Assembly (NCBI GenBank): GCA_951406725.2
Contig: OX597822.1
Location: 52,824,001 to 52,888,000, forward strand
Source of the DNA: Octopus vulgaris
Lineage: Eukaryota
Length of the DNA: 64,000 nucleotides
Direction of reading: 5' to 3'
Positions within the stretch are counted from its first letter, which is position 1, and the number at the start of each line of letters is the position of its first letter. Position numbers and translations under genes: made by a program. The notes below the pieces were generated by a model. The model was not told the DNA's origin. It saw only the letters and a list, made by a program, of their open reading frames with translations, and made no database searches. This document shows, piece after piece, positions 1-12,455 of this stretch.

Positions 1-111
1 TCACGACTATAAGATACCCGCTTTTGGTTACACTGCACCGCAAAATGTGGGAGTAGTTAGGAATCTAAATCGTAGGAGACAGACACACAACTTCACTTTT
101 ATATATAAAGA
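1..111 (-). mobile_element. Probable 5' end of a non-autonomous Helitron-like element (cut by window edge)
   Basis: Ends ...acagacacacaacttcacttttatatataaagat, the same end style as the Helitron-like elements at 10353-10738 and 17933-19016. Confidence 0.4.
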
Positions 112-200
112 TATATATCTGTAAATATAATATAAATTCCTCATTTACATAATATCGAGGTCTCTTTCATTCTTTTGTTGTCTTGCCATTTTCTATCAAT
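112..200 (+). mobile_element. Penelope-like 3' tail remnant ending in (TA)n
   Basis: ataaattcctcatttacataatatcgagg...ttcattcttttgttgtc matches the reverse complement of ~39990-40050, the tail of a hammerhead-bearing fold-back. Confidence 0.45.
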
Positions 201-627
201 ATATATATATATATATATATTTTATATATATATTAGTCTATCTATCTATCTGCTTGTCTGTCTGTTTGTCTATGTGCCTGGCGCCTTAAGTGCCGTTTGT
301 ATTGTCCACACTGTTCTAAGTTTTGAGTTTGATCTCTCGTTTGGGGATATCTTCCATCCTCTCACCAATCATTGAGGCCTTGTAGAGGATCGGACTTAAA
401 GACAAAGTAAAAAATAAAATGAATAAAGTTCAAACACTCTGTAACTTCGCCACAGATACAGAAGGATTTCGACAGAATTATTGTTAGGAAGGTAAGATAA
501 TTAAATTCAATGAAGCAGTTTTGGGAGGTTATACAGTGCTACCGTAATCAAGCTAGCAGGGCTCACATCTATCCAGGACATCGAAATGTAAAGGTGAAGT
601 GATATGAAGTCATCAAGTCGCACATAT

Positions 628-856
628 GCGGCGAGCCGGCAGAAACGTTAGCACGCCGGGCGAAATGCTTAGCGGTATTTCGTCTGCCGTTACGTTCTGA
701 GTTCAAATTCCGCCGAGGTCGACTTTGCCTTTCATCCTTTCGGGGCCGATAAATTAAGTACCAGTTACGCACTGGGGTCGATGTAATCGACTTAATCCGT
801 TTGTCTATCCTTGTTTGCCACCTCTGTGTGTAGCCCCTTATGGGCAGTAAAGAAAT
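628..856 (+). mobile_element. tRNA-derived SINE, family A (full length, with TSD)
   Basis: A-box-like head GAGCCGGCAGAAACGTTAG, B box GTTCAAATTCC, core GCCTTTCATCCTTTCGGGGCCGATAAATTAAGTACC; flanked by direct repeat aagtcgcaca(t/c)atg; many further copies in the window. Confidence 0.9.
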
Positions 857-1044
857 AAGTCGCACACATGCATGTAGTTTGTTTTGCGTGCGCCTGGTGT
901 ACTCTTATTAGACGGATAGTCAAGATGGCTTCGTGTATTTGTACCCTAGTGTTATTTTGATGGCATGTGCTGCTCATTCACTCACTCATTCGCTCACTCA
1001 TTCACTCACTCATTCACTCACTCAACAACAACAACGTTGATGAT

Positions 1045-1955
1045 AATAGAGTGATTAACACGCTAGCCGTGCCTGTTATAAATTACATAATAAACTGGAA
1101 GATTAGTGAATTGAGAAACTTACATAGAAAAACTATGAAACTATTAAGAGCATACCGAAGTTACCACTCCAAACCAAACACAGACAGAATATATCTGCCC
1201 CGCTCAGAAGGAGGCCGTGGCCTGACGCAGATAAAGAACTACTATAAAATAACAACAATTGGACAACAAAAATACTTAGAAACAAAAAGTGGACGATTGC
1301 TACATGTAATAAAGCAATACGAAAACTTAAAAAAAAAAAGGAAGAAAATACTTTTCTCTAAGCGCGGGGTGACGATGAAATAGAAAACAAATACAAACTA
1401 TACTGAAGCACCAATCTCAGATGACAACATGACAACATGACAAATTATGAAAGACACACACGCACACGCGCGCACACACACACACATACACACGCATGCA
1501 CAAAACAATATGAAAACAGAACTACAACATACTAAAGAAGAAATGGAGAGAAAAATCACTCCATGGTCGTTATCATGCAAGGCTTGAGTGAGAAGTGAGC
1601 CGAAGTGAAAGCCAGCAACGGATAGAAAACTCTGGACTAAAAGCAGAAACTGAAGGACTTATTCTCGTTGCACAAACAACTATTAAAAGCAAAATAATGA
1701 AAACAGACCCTAACACCAAATGCAGAATGAGCAGAACCAGCACAATGAGGCAGTTGACCACATTATCTGTGGCTGTCCACTCCTTGCCAAATCTGAATAT
1801 ACATATATACAGGTATGACCGAGTGAGTAGTTATATCAACTGGGCAATATACCAACACTAAAAACATAGAAACCTGGACAGACAACACGACACACTATCT
1901 AAAATAAAATCATGCAAAGAACAGCCCACATCCTACGCAAGACACTAGCAATTAA
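1045..1955 (+). mobile_element. Degenerate R4/Dong-like non-LTR retrotransposon, 3' part
   Basis: INTLAVPVINY, DRIYLPRSEGGRGL, SGLKAETEGLILVAQ, KCRM zinc-knuckle remnant, DRVSSYINWAI; stops and frameshifts. Confidence 0.8.
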
Positions 1956-2229
1956 ATTGCACTGTTACATCCTCCCCGCCAAAAAAAAAAAAAAAAAAAA
2001 TCAGCAAGTACAAAACACATTCTATACAAACATTAATACAACAAAAGACTCAATCCAAACAAATGCTATACAGTACCAGAAAGGGTCCGTACTCACCCAA
2101 CACCAACAAAAACAAGTGCAAGAACTGAGGCAGAGATTGAAGGAAACGGAAGCCTTAGAATTAGATAACTAGGAGACAGTAGGTAGAACGAAGCCTTAGG
2201 AAAAAAACAAAAGACAAAAATAAACAGCG

Positions 2230-3870
2230 TGATTGATAAAATGACCTATGAAAACATTAAGGATGCAAGTACTGAGGTTAGCAGGTGTAGTCGTAGTTGC
2301 AGAATTGTCAGAGAAAAAGAAAGGACAAAAGAAGGATCAGCGGATACCATGATGGAAAAGGTGGATAGTAATGAAACTTAGAGGCCTTAGTGGATATAAG
2401 TAAATTCGTCAAGTGGAAACAGGGTAAATTAGAAAGGAAAGAAAGGAAAGGTAGAATAGGGGAAATGTATCACGTGAGGAAGAATGGAACTGGAATACCA
2501 ATCGGAGAACTAAAACAGAGAGTAGAGGTAAGAGCTGTCAAAATCAGAAAATGCGAAGAATGATACAACCAATCGCCATTTTCAAACAATAGAGAAGCGC
2601 CCATTTGATTGGCATAAAAAATATGTAAAATTATGTCAAAAGTAAAATTCTGAAATTTTTATGAAAATAAACTATTTAGGGATAAATGTGGGAATAATAA
2701 TAAAGGGGAGAACTAGATCTGGTTCGTAGCTTCTGGGTGAAAGAGTTTATAACCTGCAATGAAACCATAGAGATACAACTAAAAAAAATAAGGGTCAACA
2801 AATGGAGGACTATGTCCAACACTGAAAGACTAACTAAAATGTAATGCTGCTTTGGTTCACTGACCAATGTATGTGTTTACCAATTTTGTGGTTACCCCAA
2901 AACAGGGAGAATTGCAGAAGAGGTACACCAACATTTATATGAGAAACACCTAATGCCTGATAAACAGAAACGCTGTCAAAAAAAGAGTAATGGAACGAAA
3001 GAATAACTAATGATTGACAAAATGGTCGTTAAAAAAATTGACAAATTTATAAATCGCGGAGGTCGATCTTAGAAAAACTTATGACTCAGTCCCAAATGGT
3101 TAGATACCTGTTAGAAAATACAGTGTTGTTGGAGAGTAGAATTTTTAAGTGGGGAGGGTACTTGTCGAATGGGAATGGTGTTACAAAATTTTCCGATTAA
3201 CAGAAAAACCGATTAAAAAAGTATTTCAAGGACATCCTCTCTCCTATCTTGTTTATCGATCCCTTTGTCAATTATATTACACAAAGCTAAGGAAGGATAC
3301 TCATTGGTAGAAAAGAACAAGAGAAAAGTAGGCCATTTATCTATGAACAATTTAAGGCTTCATGATAAACTCAATGTGACCGAATTCCTTAGCGTGAAAT
3401 GTAGAAATATTTAGAATCGATGTTGGGATGACTTGTAAAAACGGTGCTATGGTCGGGATGAAGAGAAGAAAACTCATAAAAAGTACCGGAATCGATATCT
3501 GCTTAATGACGAAAATATTAAATCATTAAACGCAGAAGAAGCAATCTGGGAATCCCGGATTTGAAAATCCAACTGACTGCATTGATTACTTATAATCAAT
3601 GCGAGGGCAAACCCCAATACGGTATGGAACAGAAATTATTGAGTAGAGAAAGGATACGCTGAAGGATATCGATCGGAAAACAAGAGGGTAGTTTCCAATG
3701 AACAGAATGATTTATCTACAATATACATATTATAGACACAGGAAAAGATCAGAAGGAGGAAGAGGGTTAATGAGTGTTAAAGCGATAGTATAACTAGAGA
3801 TGACAAGCTTAGGGGTCTATCAAGAATAAATAGGAGTAACACTCCTGTAAGGAGTTAATACGCGAAGGAC
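2230..3870 (+). mobile_element. Highly degenerate R4/Dong-like LINE reverse-transcriptase fragment
   Basis: Remnants of QK.C.K, LMIDK, DL.K.YDSVP, IFQG..LS.LF and SEGGRGLMS in shifting frames. Confidence 0.6.
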
Positions 3871-3898
3871 TATTTACGGACGTATATAGATACGTATA

Positions 3899-4105
3899 TA
3901 CAAGCTGCATTCCGGAAGCTTTGACCCTTTTAGGACATTTATTAATTTCACGGAAGTACAGAACGCTAATCTCCTTCAAAGTAGGATCCTTTGACTTCAA
4001 TGCCCTTGCAGTAGCGCCCCACCCACTTTGTGAAGGCCCCATGGAAATGCTCCAAACTGAAGATATCCAGAACACTCGTCACAGCCTCCGTTATCGTCTC
4101 CTTCC
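3899..4105 (-). mobile_element. Mariner transposase C-terminal fragment with degenerate terminus
   Basis: Minus strand reads TITEAVTSVLDIFSLEHFHGAFTKWVGRYCKGIEVKGSYFEGD*, matching the typical mariner C-terminus (W..R..KCI...G.YFEG). Confidence 0.75.
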
Positions 4106-4155
4106 ACTTAAGGTTGGGTATGGTACAAACGAATTAGTACCATAGTATCAGAACC

Positions 4156-4517
4156 CTGGCAGAAACGTTAGCACGCCGGGCGAAATGCGTAGCCGTATTT
4201 CGTCTGCCGTTACGTTCAGAGTTCAAATTCCGCCGAGGTCGACTTTGCCTTTCATCCTTTCGGGGTCGATAAATTAAGTACCAGTTACGCACTGGGGTCG
4301 ATATAATCCACTTAATCCGTTTGTCTGTCCTTGTTTGTCCCCTCTGTGTTTAGCTCCTTGTGGGTAGTAAAGAAATAGGTATTTAGTCAGGTCGACTTTG
4401 CCTTTCCCTTCTTTTCGGGGTCGATAAATTAAGTACCAGTTACGCACTGGGGTCGACTTAATCCGTCTGTCTATCCTTGTTTGTCCTCTCTGTGTTTAGC
4501 CCCTTGTGGGTAGTAAA
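4156..4517 (+). mobile_element. SINE family A, monomer plus partial second unit
   Basis: Near-identical to 628-856, followed by ...AAGAAATAGGTATTT and a deleted second unit. Confidence 0.9.
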
Positions 4518-5226
4518 AAAAAAATTACACCTCCTCTCTTACTTTCTAACACTGAACTCTATATCAAACTATTTTTAAAGAAGGCTTCAATGAAAAATCT
4601 CCAGACATGTTTTTGACCCCCAGACAGAAGATAATCTTTTTTTCTTCAGAAATGTAAATAAACCCAATCTGTTTCTTAAACGAGGGACATATTCATACGG
4701 CACAGAATGTTTCCACCTCAATAGACGTCATTGATTGGTTGAAATTGCAGAAATTGAAGAAAAACAACAACAAATATCTTACAAACTATAGAATTTTCTC
4801 AATAAAGCCAAGAGAAAAAGATGTTTTATAAACACATTCTACCAGTATACGAAGTTTAAAAGTGTTTAGTTACGTGGAAATTATTTTAAAAAACTGCAGT
4901 TCAAACCGAAAAGATCCCATTTTATTGAGGTCTTCACTAGGACATTCCACCAGTACTCCTTTTTATTATGAAAGGCTATGACTTCCACCATACTGTGGGT
5001 TCTTATGTCTTTACCCTCGGGGTTAGGCATGTGCAGATTTGTATATAGAGTGTCCTAGCTACAGCGTCATGTCTCATTTGTAGATAACACCGGGATGACA
5101 TTTTCGGACACTGCTTATGATGTGGGTGATATCTTCAGTATGATCTCCACAAAATCTGCATCAGTTCTATGTATGTATGTATGTATGTATGTATGTATGT
5201 ATGTATGTATGTATGTATGTATGTAT

Positions 5227-5655
5227 AATGCGCGGGGACATAGAAATAATCGGACTGAATACCCGATCGCGCGATTAAGCTATTGGGAGTGAAGGACTCC
5301 TAGCCTTTGTTAGGGCACCCTTCTAGGAGAAGGTAACTCAGGTAACTGGGATAACTGCGACATAAAACTTGCGGCTCAGTGGTTACCGATGATGTTGACT
5401 TGTTCTTCTTTTCGGATTATGGTTGCTGTTGCTTAGTGAGTGGGATTGACTCAGTGCACAGCCTTTCCTCACTTTAAAAAAATTCTTCTTGCATAGGCAT
5501 TGCACGATAACAACATTGATTAAGCTTCGGGCAATGGCCATACTCGAAAACGATGGTGAGGAGGGTGTTTATTGGACACCCTGCGGGATGAAAAACAAAA
5601 CCCGTCAAAGGGTGGAGGAACTCTTGAGAGTCAACGGCCATCCAATAAATGTGTA
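5227..5655 (+). mobile_element. Probable RTE-related non-autonomous retroposon
   Basis: Unique block between microsatellites with gttagggcacccttctaggagaaggtaactc, similar in style to RTE 5' UTRs; no ORF. Confidence 0.35.
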
Positions 5656-5659
5656 TTTT

Positions 5660-5699
<40 letters not shown>

Positions 5700-5700
<1 letters not shown>

Positions 5701-5804
5701 CGGGAAGCTTTATGAAAATAGACAAAAGACGAAGGCAGGTGGAATACAAACAAACAATTGTATTAGTATGGCGCTCAGGAAATATAAATAAAACAAGTCT
5801 TTAA

Positions 5805-5805
<1 letters not shown>
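5700..5805 (-). mobile_element. Penelope-like 3' tail remnant in (TA)n
   Basis: caaaagacgaag.caggtg...aaacaa...gtattagt is shared with 15723-15890, 16037-16110, 30950-31030, 36285-36357 and 40945-41035. Confidence 0.55.
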
Positions 5806-5847
<42 letters not shown>

Positions 5848-6770
5848 AAGTATATACATACACACACACGTTATATATATGGGTAGCTTAATAATAAAAC
5901 ATTTTATGAAATGAGACGTTTCATAAGAGCTAAATGTAACCGCCAGTCTGGAGCAATTTTGTAGAATGCCTTTATTTTTCCTTCGTAGAACGTTTGTAGT
6001 TTAGCAACGGAGAGAAAAGTGGCAAAACTTATTCTATTACATACAGGATAACTGTTTCCAGGGAATTATAACTCATGTTTTAAACACAATCAAATTTCAG
6101 ACGCCGTTTTCTTAAATAGTCTTTGAGGTCAAGATACTAGTTTCAAGCAGCTAATTTATAGTACTACAGACCTTCATTATGTTGTAGAATAGGTACCTAT
6201 TTGTGAGATAACGCCTTGACGATCGCTAACAGTTGAAACGGAATTTTTACGAAATCACAACTAGTATTTTTGAAACACTAGTTCTCCCATAGTGATCATA
6301 GTTATTACAGGGCGCATCATCTATTGACTATAATATTTGGCGGTATTACAAATTTGAATTTGAAGTTAAGGAATTCTAAGGCAAAGGATGCATAAAATTC
6401 ACATAATTAATATAATTTTGCTTTACATATTACGAAGTTCTTAAAATTTTTAGTCGGTGATAATCCATACACACTGCAGTTTGATTTAGTGTTAGAAATG
6501 ATGTAACCTGTGAAATGAAATTTAGCTGTATCATTAAAGATACAGGTAAATACAATCTAAAGGATTTCTATGGTATGTATACCTGTGTTTTCTTTTTTTC
6601 TTCATAAAGCATACACACACACACACACACACACAAATACATATGAATATATACATTCATATGTACAAATATAAAGTACAGAACTGAAAATAATGCCAAA
6701 AACTTCAATCTTTGTTTTAACACACACACATAGATATACGTACATAAACTTATATACAAACGCACGCACG

Positions 6771-6818
<48 letters not shown>

Positions 6819-7333
6819 CTTTATATCCATCTCAAGTCTATTTCATATCAAAGCAAGAGAAATTGGATTCAGTAGCAAGATTTTAAGACAAAACTATTTG
6901 CTACCATCACGACATCCATCACCGCCACCACCACCAACACCACCATAACTAGCAGCAACAAGAAGAAGAAGAAGAACAACAACAACAAAGAGATAAATCA
7001 GGAATCTTATGTGGACTCTCTCCCCACCAGAAATTGTGATTAAAACTCCCTTAGTTTTTACCCAATCATAACTATAAATCAGAGGTTTTGGCAGTCACAG
7101 ACACAGTATACGTGGTCATACATCGGCTCAACCACGATGGATCAACCACTAGTGCATAATGGTTTCGGTTTTAGGCAGAAGGACAAAAATATCCGCGGGT
7201 AAGGGATTAGTCGATGTTATCGACCCCAATACCTAACTGGTATAGTTTAGTTTCTCAACCTGGGAAGTATGGAATGCAAAGTTCTCCTCGGCAGGAACTG
7301 ATCTCCGAAAACGTAAAGAAACAAAATATAGAA

Positions 7334-7939
7334 GAAATACCTATTTCTTTACTACCCACAAGGGGCTAAATACAGAGAGTACAAACAAGGACAGACAAAG
7401 GGATTAAGTGGATTATATCGACCCCAGTGCGTAACTGGTACTTAATTTATCGACCCCGAAAGGATGAAAGGCAAAGTCGACCTCGGCGGAATTTGAATTC
7501 AGAACGTAACGGCAGACGAAATACCTATTTCTTTACTACCCACAAGGGGTTAAATACAGAGAGGACAAACAAGGACAGACAAACGGATTAAGTCGATTGC
7601 ATCGACCCCAGTGCGTAACTGATACTTAATTTATCGACCCCGAAAGGATGAAAGCAAAGTCGACCTCGGCGGAATTTGAACTGAGAACGAAACGGCAGAC
7701 GAAATACCTATTTCTTTACTACCCACAAGGAGCTAAACACAGAGAGGACAAACAAGGACAGACAAACGGATTAAGTGGATTATATCGACCCCAGTGCGTA
7801 ACTGATACTTAATTTATCGACACCGAAAGGATGAAAGGCAAAGTCTACCTCGGCGGAATTTGAACTCAGAACGTAACGGCAGACGAAATACTGCTAAGCA
7901 TTTCGCCCGGTGTGCTAACGTTTCTGCCAGCTCGCCGCC
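7334..7939 (-). mobile_element. SINE family A trimer (one head plus tandem head-less units)
   Basis: Three ~184-bp units joined at GACGAAATACC|TATTTCTTTACT; head present only at the 7890-7939 end. Confidence 0.9.
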
Positions 7940-8401
7940 TATATGGAAGAAATACCACAATATAAATCTTCCGATGCTCTAACAATTCTGCCAGCTCGTC
8001 ACAGAAAAAAACCCCAGAAAATAATGTGCGGCAACAATTACGTCAACAATGACGACAAGAACATCATACCTCCACCACCACCACCACCACCACCACCGTC
8101 ATCAATATCATCAGCAACAACAACCGCGACAACAGTAGCAGCAACTACAACAACAACAACAACAACAACAACAAGTAGAACAACGGAACTCTAAAATCAA
8201 ACCGCTTGTTGGAATAATTGTGGACTGGATTTGGCAAAAGAAGTAAAGCAGTGGTTGCAATAGTTAGTGTAGCAGTCTCAGCTACAATCAAATCAATAAT
8301 ACAAACAATTTATAGAACCATCTCTCTTTTTACTCATCTCTCACCTCTTCTTTCTCTCTTTCGGTTCTCTCATTTCATTCACATTGTTTCTCATATTTAT
8401 G

Positions 8402-8887
8402 GGCACTACTTAACTACAGAGGTCCCGATGCATCTCCGTAACTATATGTTTTTACAGTACACACTCGTTAGGGTTAGGGTTAGTTTTAGGGTTAGCTTTT
8501 AAGGTTAGTTTTAGGGTTAGCGTTTAAGGTTAGTTTTAGGGTTAGCGTTTAAGATTAGTTTTAGGGTTAGGGTTAGGGTTTGGGGTTAGTTTTAAGGTTA
8601 TAGTTAGGGTTAGGTTTAGGCTTAGGGTTAGGGTTTAGGGTTAGTTTTAGGGTTAGGGTTAGGGTTAGGGTTAGGGTTAGGGTTAGGTTTAGGGCTAGGG
8701 TTAGGTTTAGGCTTAGGGTTAGGGTTAGTTTTAGGGTTAGGGTTTAGGGTTAGGGTTAGTTTTAGGGTTAGGTTTAGGGTTTAGGGTTAGTTTTAGGGTT
8801 TATAGTTAGGGTTAGGGTTATGTAGATGCGTCGGGATCTCTGTATTTAAGTAGTGCCGTGAAGGGACCTCTGTATTTAAGAAGTACC
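8402..8887. mobile_element. Merlin-like MITE containing (TTAGGG)n-type repeats
   Basis: ~40-bp TIRs GGCACTACTTAACTACAGAGGTCCCGATGCATCT / AGATGCGTCGGGATCTCTGTATTTAAGTAGTGCC; right TIR partly duplicated and ending AAGTACC; 8-bp flanks tatttatg / catttatg; GG...CC termini with an 8-bp TSD fit the Merlin superfamily. Confidence 0.7.
8468..8820 (+). repeat. Interstitial telomere-like repeat (TTAGGG and variants)
   Basis: Direct run of gggttagggttag with ttttag/tttag variants. Confidence 0.9.
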
Positions 8888-9196
8888 CATTTATGTACAT
8901 ACATACACACGCGTTCAGATATATCTATGTGTGTGTGTGTGTGTGTGTGTATACATATATATGCACATACATACATACATACATGCATATAGGCACAAAT
9001 GACAGAGAAATAGTCTGATGTAGTTTTCTTTAACAATAAGAAAATTTTAATTTCCCAAATTGTTTCGTAACTTAAAAGCATGTAAATAATTTAAATTATA
9101 ATATTTGATAATAAATAAATTACTGACATGCCTGCATTAATGCAAAATGTATCGTACTATGTAACCTATGTTTTGTAGAATGATACATTAAGGAGC

Positions 9197-9935
9197 TTTT
9201 TTTATGAGTACTACCAGATTTCCTACTTCTGCATTTTTTATGAGTACTACCAGATTTCCTACTTCTGCATTTTTTTATGAGTACTACCAGATTTCCTACT
9301 TCTGCATTTTTTTATGAGTACTACCAGATTTCCTACTTCTGCATTTTTTTATGAGTACTACCAGATTTCCTACTTCTGCATTTTTTTATGAGTACTACCA
9401 GATTTCCTACTTCTGCATTTTTTATGAGTACTACCAGATTTCCTACTTCTGCATTTTTTATGAGTACTACCAGATTTCCTACTTCTGCATTTTTTTATGA
9501 GTACTACCAGATTTCCTACTTCTGCATTTTTTTATGAGTACTACCAGATTTCCTACTTCTGCATTTTTTATGAGTACTACCAGATTTCCTACTTCTGCAT
9601 TTTTTTATGAGTACTACCAGATTTCCTACTTCTGCATTTTTTTATGAGTACTACCAGATTTCCTACTTCTGCATTTTTTTATGAGTACTACCAGATTTCC
9701 TACTTCTGCATTTTTTTATGAGTACTACCAGATTTCCTACTTCTGCATTTTTTTATGAGTACTACCAGATTTCCTACTTCTGCATTTTTTTATGAGTACT
9801 ACCAGATTTCCTACTTCTGCATTTTTTTATGAGTACTACCAGATTTCCTACTTCTGCATTTTTTTATGAGTACTACCAGATTTCCTACTTCTGCATTTTT
9901 TTATGAGTACTACCAGATTTCCTACTTCTGCATTT
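9197..9935 (+). repeat. 36-37 bp minisatellite, ~20 copies
   Basis: Unit ATGAGTACTACCAGATTTCCTACTTCTGCA(T)6-7; units differ only in T-run length. Confidence 0.95.
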
Positions 9936-9942
9936 ATCATTC

Positions 9943-10024
9943 TCTGATAAAAATTCCATCTTAGCAGTTTTGCATGCGATGATGGCAAGGTATCGTTGGA
10001 TGAGCGAATAAGACGTGATGTGTG

Positions 10025-10066
<42 letters not shown>

Positions 10067-10203
10067 CGTGGGCAATGATATATATGTTATATATATGTCT
10101 TTATATGTATAACAAACTTATCTGCATATGTGCGTATATATATATGCAGATAAGTTTGTTATACATATAAAGACATATATATATAACATATATATCATTG
10201 CAT

Positions 10204-10273
<70 letters not shown>

Positions 10274-10351
10274 CACGTCTTATTCGCTCATCCAACGATA
10301 CCTTGCCATCATCGCCTGCAAAACTGCTAAGATGGAATTTTTTATCAGAGA
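9943..10351. repeat. Fold-back inverted repeat centred near 10133
   Basis: tctgataaaaattccatcttagcag...aacaaacttatctgcata is mirrored as tatgcagataagtttgtt...ctgctaagatggaattttttatcaga. Confidence 0.9.
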
Positions 10352-10352
10352 A

Positions 10353-10738
10353 CTAGCAGTATCGCCCGGCGTTGCTCAGGTTTGTAAGGGAAATAACTAT
10401 AAAGCATTTTTAGAGAGTTATAGCCAAAAAATAGCAAAAAAATGGAAAAAAAATGATGGTAAATTTTTTTTGAGAGTTAAAAAAGGATGGAGTTGCGTCC
10501 CCTAGACAGTTTGTGGTTCGTGTTTCTGATTCTCGACCCCATGTCGAATTTATCGATTTTTTTCAGAACTGGGGAAACTTTTCAAAATTTTGGCTGCGTT
10601 AGTTTTGAATTATGACATTGGGCTATGTGTGTGTTAAGTTTCATCAGAATCGGTTGAAAGCCGTGGTCAGGGTGAGGGTACAAGCAAACAGACACACAGA
10701 AACACGCACAGACAAACTGCCGTTTATATATATAGAGA
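10353..10738 (-). mobile_element. Non-autonomous Helitron
   Basis: Minus strand begins TC (tctctatatatataaac), ends CTAG, with a GC-rich hairpin (gcccggcgttgctcagg) just upstream of the end; sits between A and T. Confidence 0.75.
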
Positions 10739-10949
10739 TATATCATTGCACACGCACACACACACACACACACACACATCACGTCTTATTCGCTCATCTA
10801 ACGATACCTTGCCATCATCGCCTGCAAAACTGCTAAGATGGAATTTTTTATCAGAGAATGATAAATGCAGAAGTAAGAAAGACGGAACACTGAATCATAA
10901 ACTTTTTTATCTTTTCACTGGCATTGAATAGATTTACATGGAAACACAA

Positions 10950-11690
10950 TCTGGTTCTCTTCAGTGCTACGAAGAACCAAATTGCTTTCTTCAACAGTAG
11001 CAAAAAAAAAAAAAAAAAAAGCTACAGAAAAATCAACTAGAGATTCCATTACCTTCGTACGTTCAGGAAAGCAGATCCGTCTGAAGACGAAGAAACTTCT
11101 TGTGAACAATGAAAAGTGGAACAGCTATATGATGCAGGTGGCTGCAGATTTACCAGAGGTTAACGATTCTTCTTCATACCAGTCACGAAGAAACCAAATA
11201 TTATCAAATGGTATGAAAAAAAAAAAATCGGACGTAGTAAATCTAGTCGAGTTAATGGCTACTCTCATGAAGATAACATGGACGCCGCTCGAGATAGAAA
11301 AATCGACCGTTATGGAATACCTCCTCGAGGAATGCGAAGACGCAGGCTGGAAAGTAAAGTGTCGCGTGAGGCGATTGCTGCTATCGCTAAGCATAACTCT
11401 TCGTGAAGCGAATACCACACGAGTGATATCCAGACTGCAATGGAGAAAGCAAGCCACTGTATTTTATTAAATAGAGACGACGAGCAATGATTAGAAGAAT
11501 ACTAAGCGAAACCTAGTTACAAGTTTATCTAGTAAACGGGGCCCCCACCTAATTGAGGGAGGGGACGTTACGCAATAATGCCGTCAAGAAGAAGGTCTCG
11601 AAACAGCGCGCATTCTCTCCTGAGGACCCCATAAACTTACTGGCATCATGTATGCGGAGCTTTCAACTGGCAGCACTTGCATCTGCAAGT
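10950..11690 (+). mobile_element. HERO/NeSL-like LINE 3' fragment (restriction-like endonuclease region)
   Basis: ITFVRSGK, DVVNLVEL, EDNMDAARDRKIDRY, LLEECEDAGWK across frameshifts. Confidence 0.6.
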
Positions 11691-11706
11691 TGTTTTCAAA
11701 ACATCT

Positions 11707-11754
<48 letters not shown>

Positions 11755-11768
11755 ATATTTACATGATA

Positions 11769-11803
<35 letters not shown>

Positions 11804-11857
11804 GTATATGTAATATATGATATACACATCCATACAAATACACAAATATATATAATA

Positions 11858-12055
11858 GGCGCGGACGCGGCTGTGTGGTAAGAAACTTGCTTCCCAACCA
11901 CATGGTTCCGGGTTCAGTCCCACTGCGTGGCACCTTGGGCAGGTGTCTTCTACTATAGCCTCGGACACACCAAAGGCTTGTGAGTGGATTTGGTAGACGG
12001 AAACTGAATGAAGCCCGTCGTATATATACATATATATATATATACACACACACAT

Positions 12056-12096
<41 letters not shown>

Positions 12097-12299
12097 TGTG
12101 TGTCTGTGTTTGTCCCACCACTTGACAATTGCTGTTGGTGTTTTTACGTCCCCGTAACTTAGCAGTTCGTCAAAAGATACCGATAGAATAAGTATTAAGG
12201 TTAGAAAGAATACGTCCTGGGATCGATTTGCGCGACTAAAGCCGATGCTCCAGCATGTCCACAGTCAAATGACTGAAACAAGTAAAAGAATAAAAGAAT
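11858..12299 (+). mobile_element. tRNA-derived CORE-like SINE, family B
   Basis: GGCTGTGTGGTAAG (A box), GGTTCAGTCCC (B box), CCTTGGGCAGGTGTCTT (CORE-like), internal TA/CA microsatellite, tail GACTGAAACAAGTAAAAGA. Confidence 0.9.
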
Positions 12300-12383
12300 A
12301 TATATATATATATGTGTGTGTGTATTATGTATGTATATATGTATGTATATGTGTATATATACGCGCGCGCGCACACACACACA

Positions 12384-12455
<72 letters not shown>

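Noticed and set aside
628-715. tRNA genes at SINE heads
   Set aside because: A/B boxes present but no cloverleaf seen; always attached to SINE bodies.
8468-8820. True telomere or chromosome fusion site
   Set aside because: Short, degenerate, single orientation and enclosed by TIRs with a TSD.
9197-9935. CRISPR array (37-bp repeats)
   Set aside because: Repeats are contiguous with no unique spacers, no cas genes, eukaryotic context.
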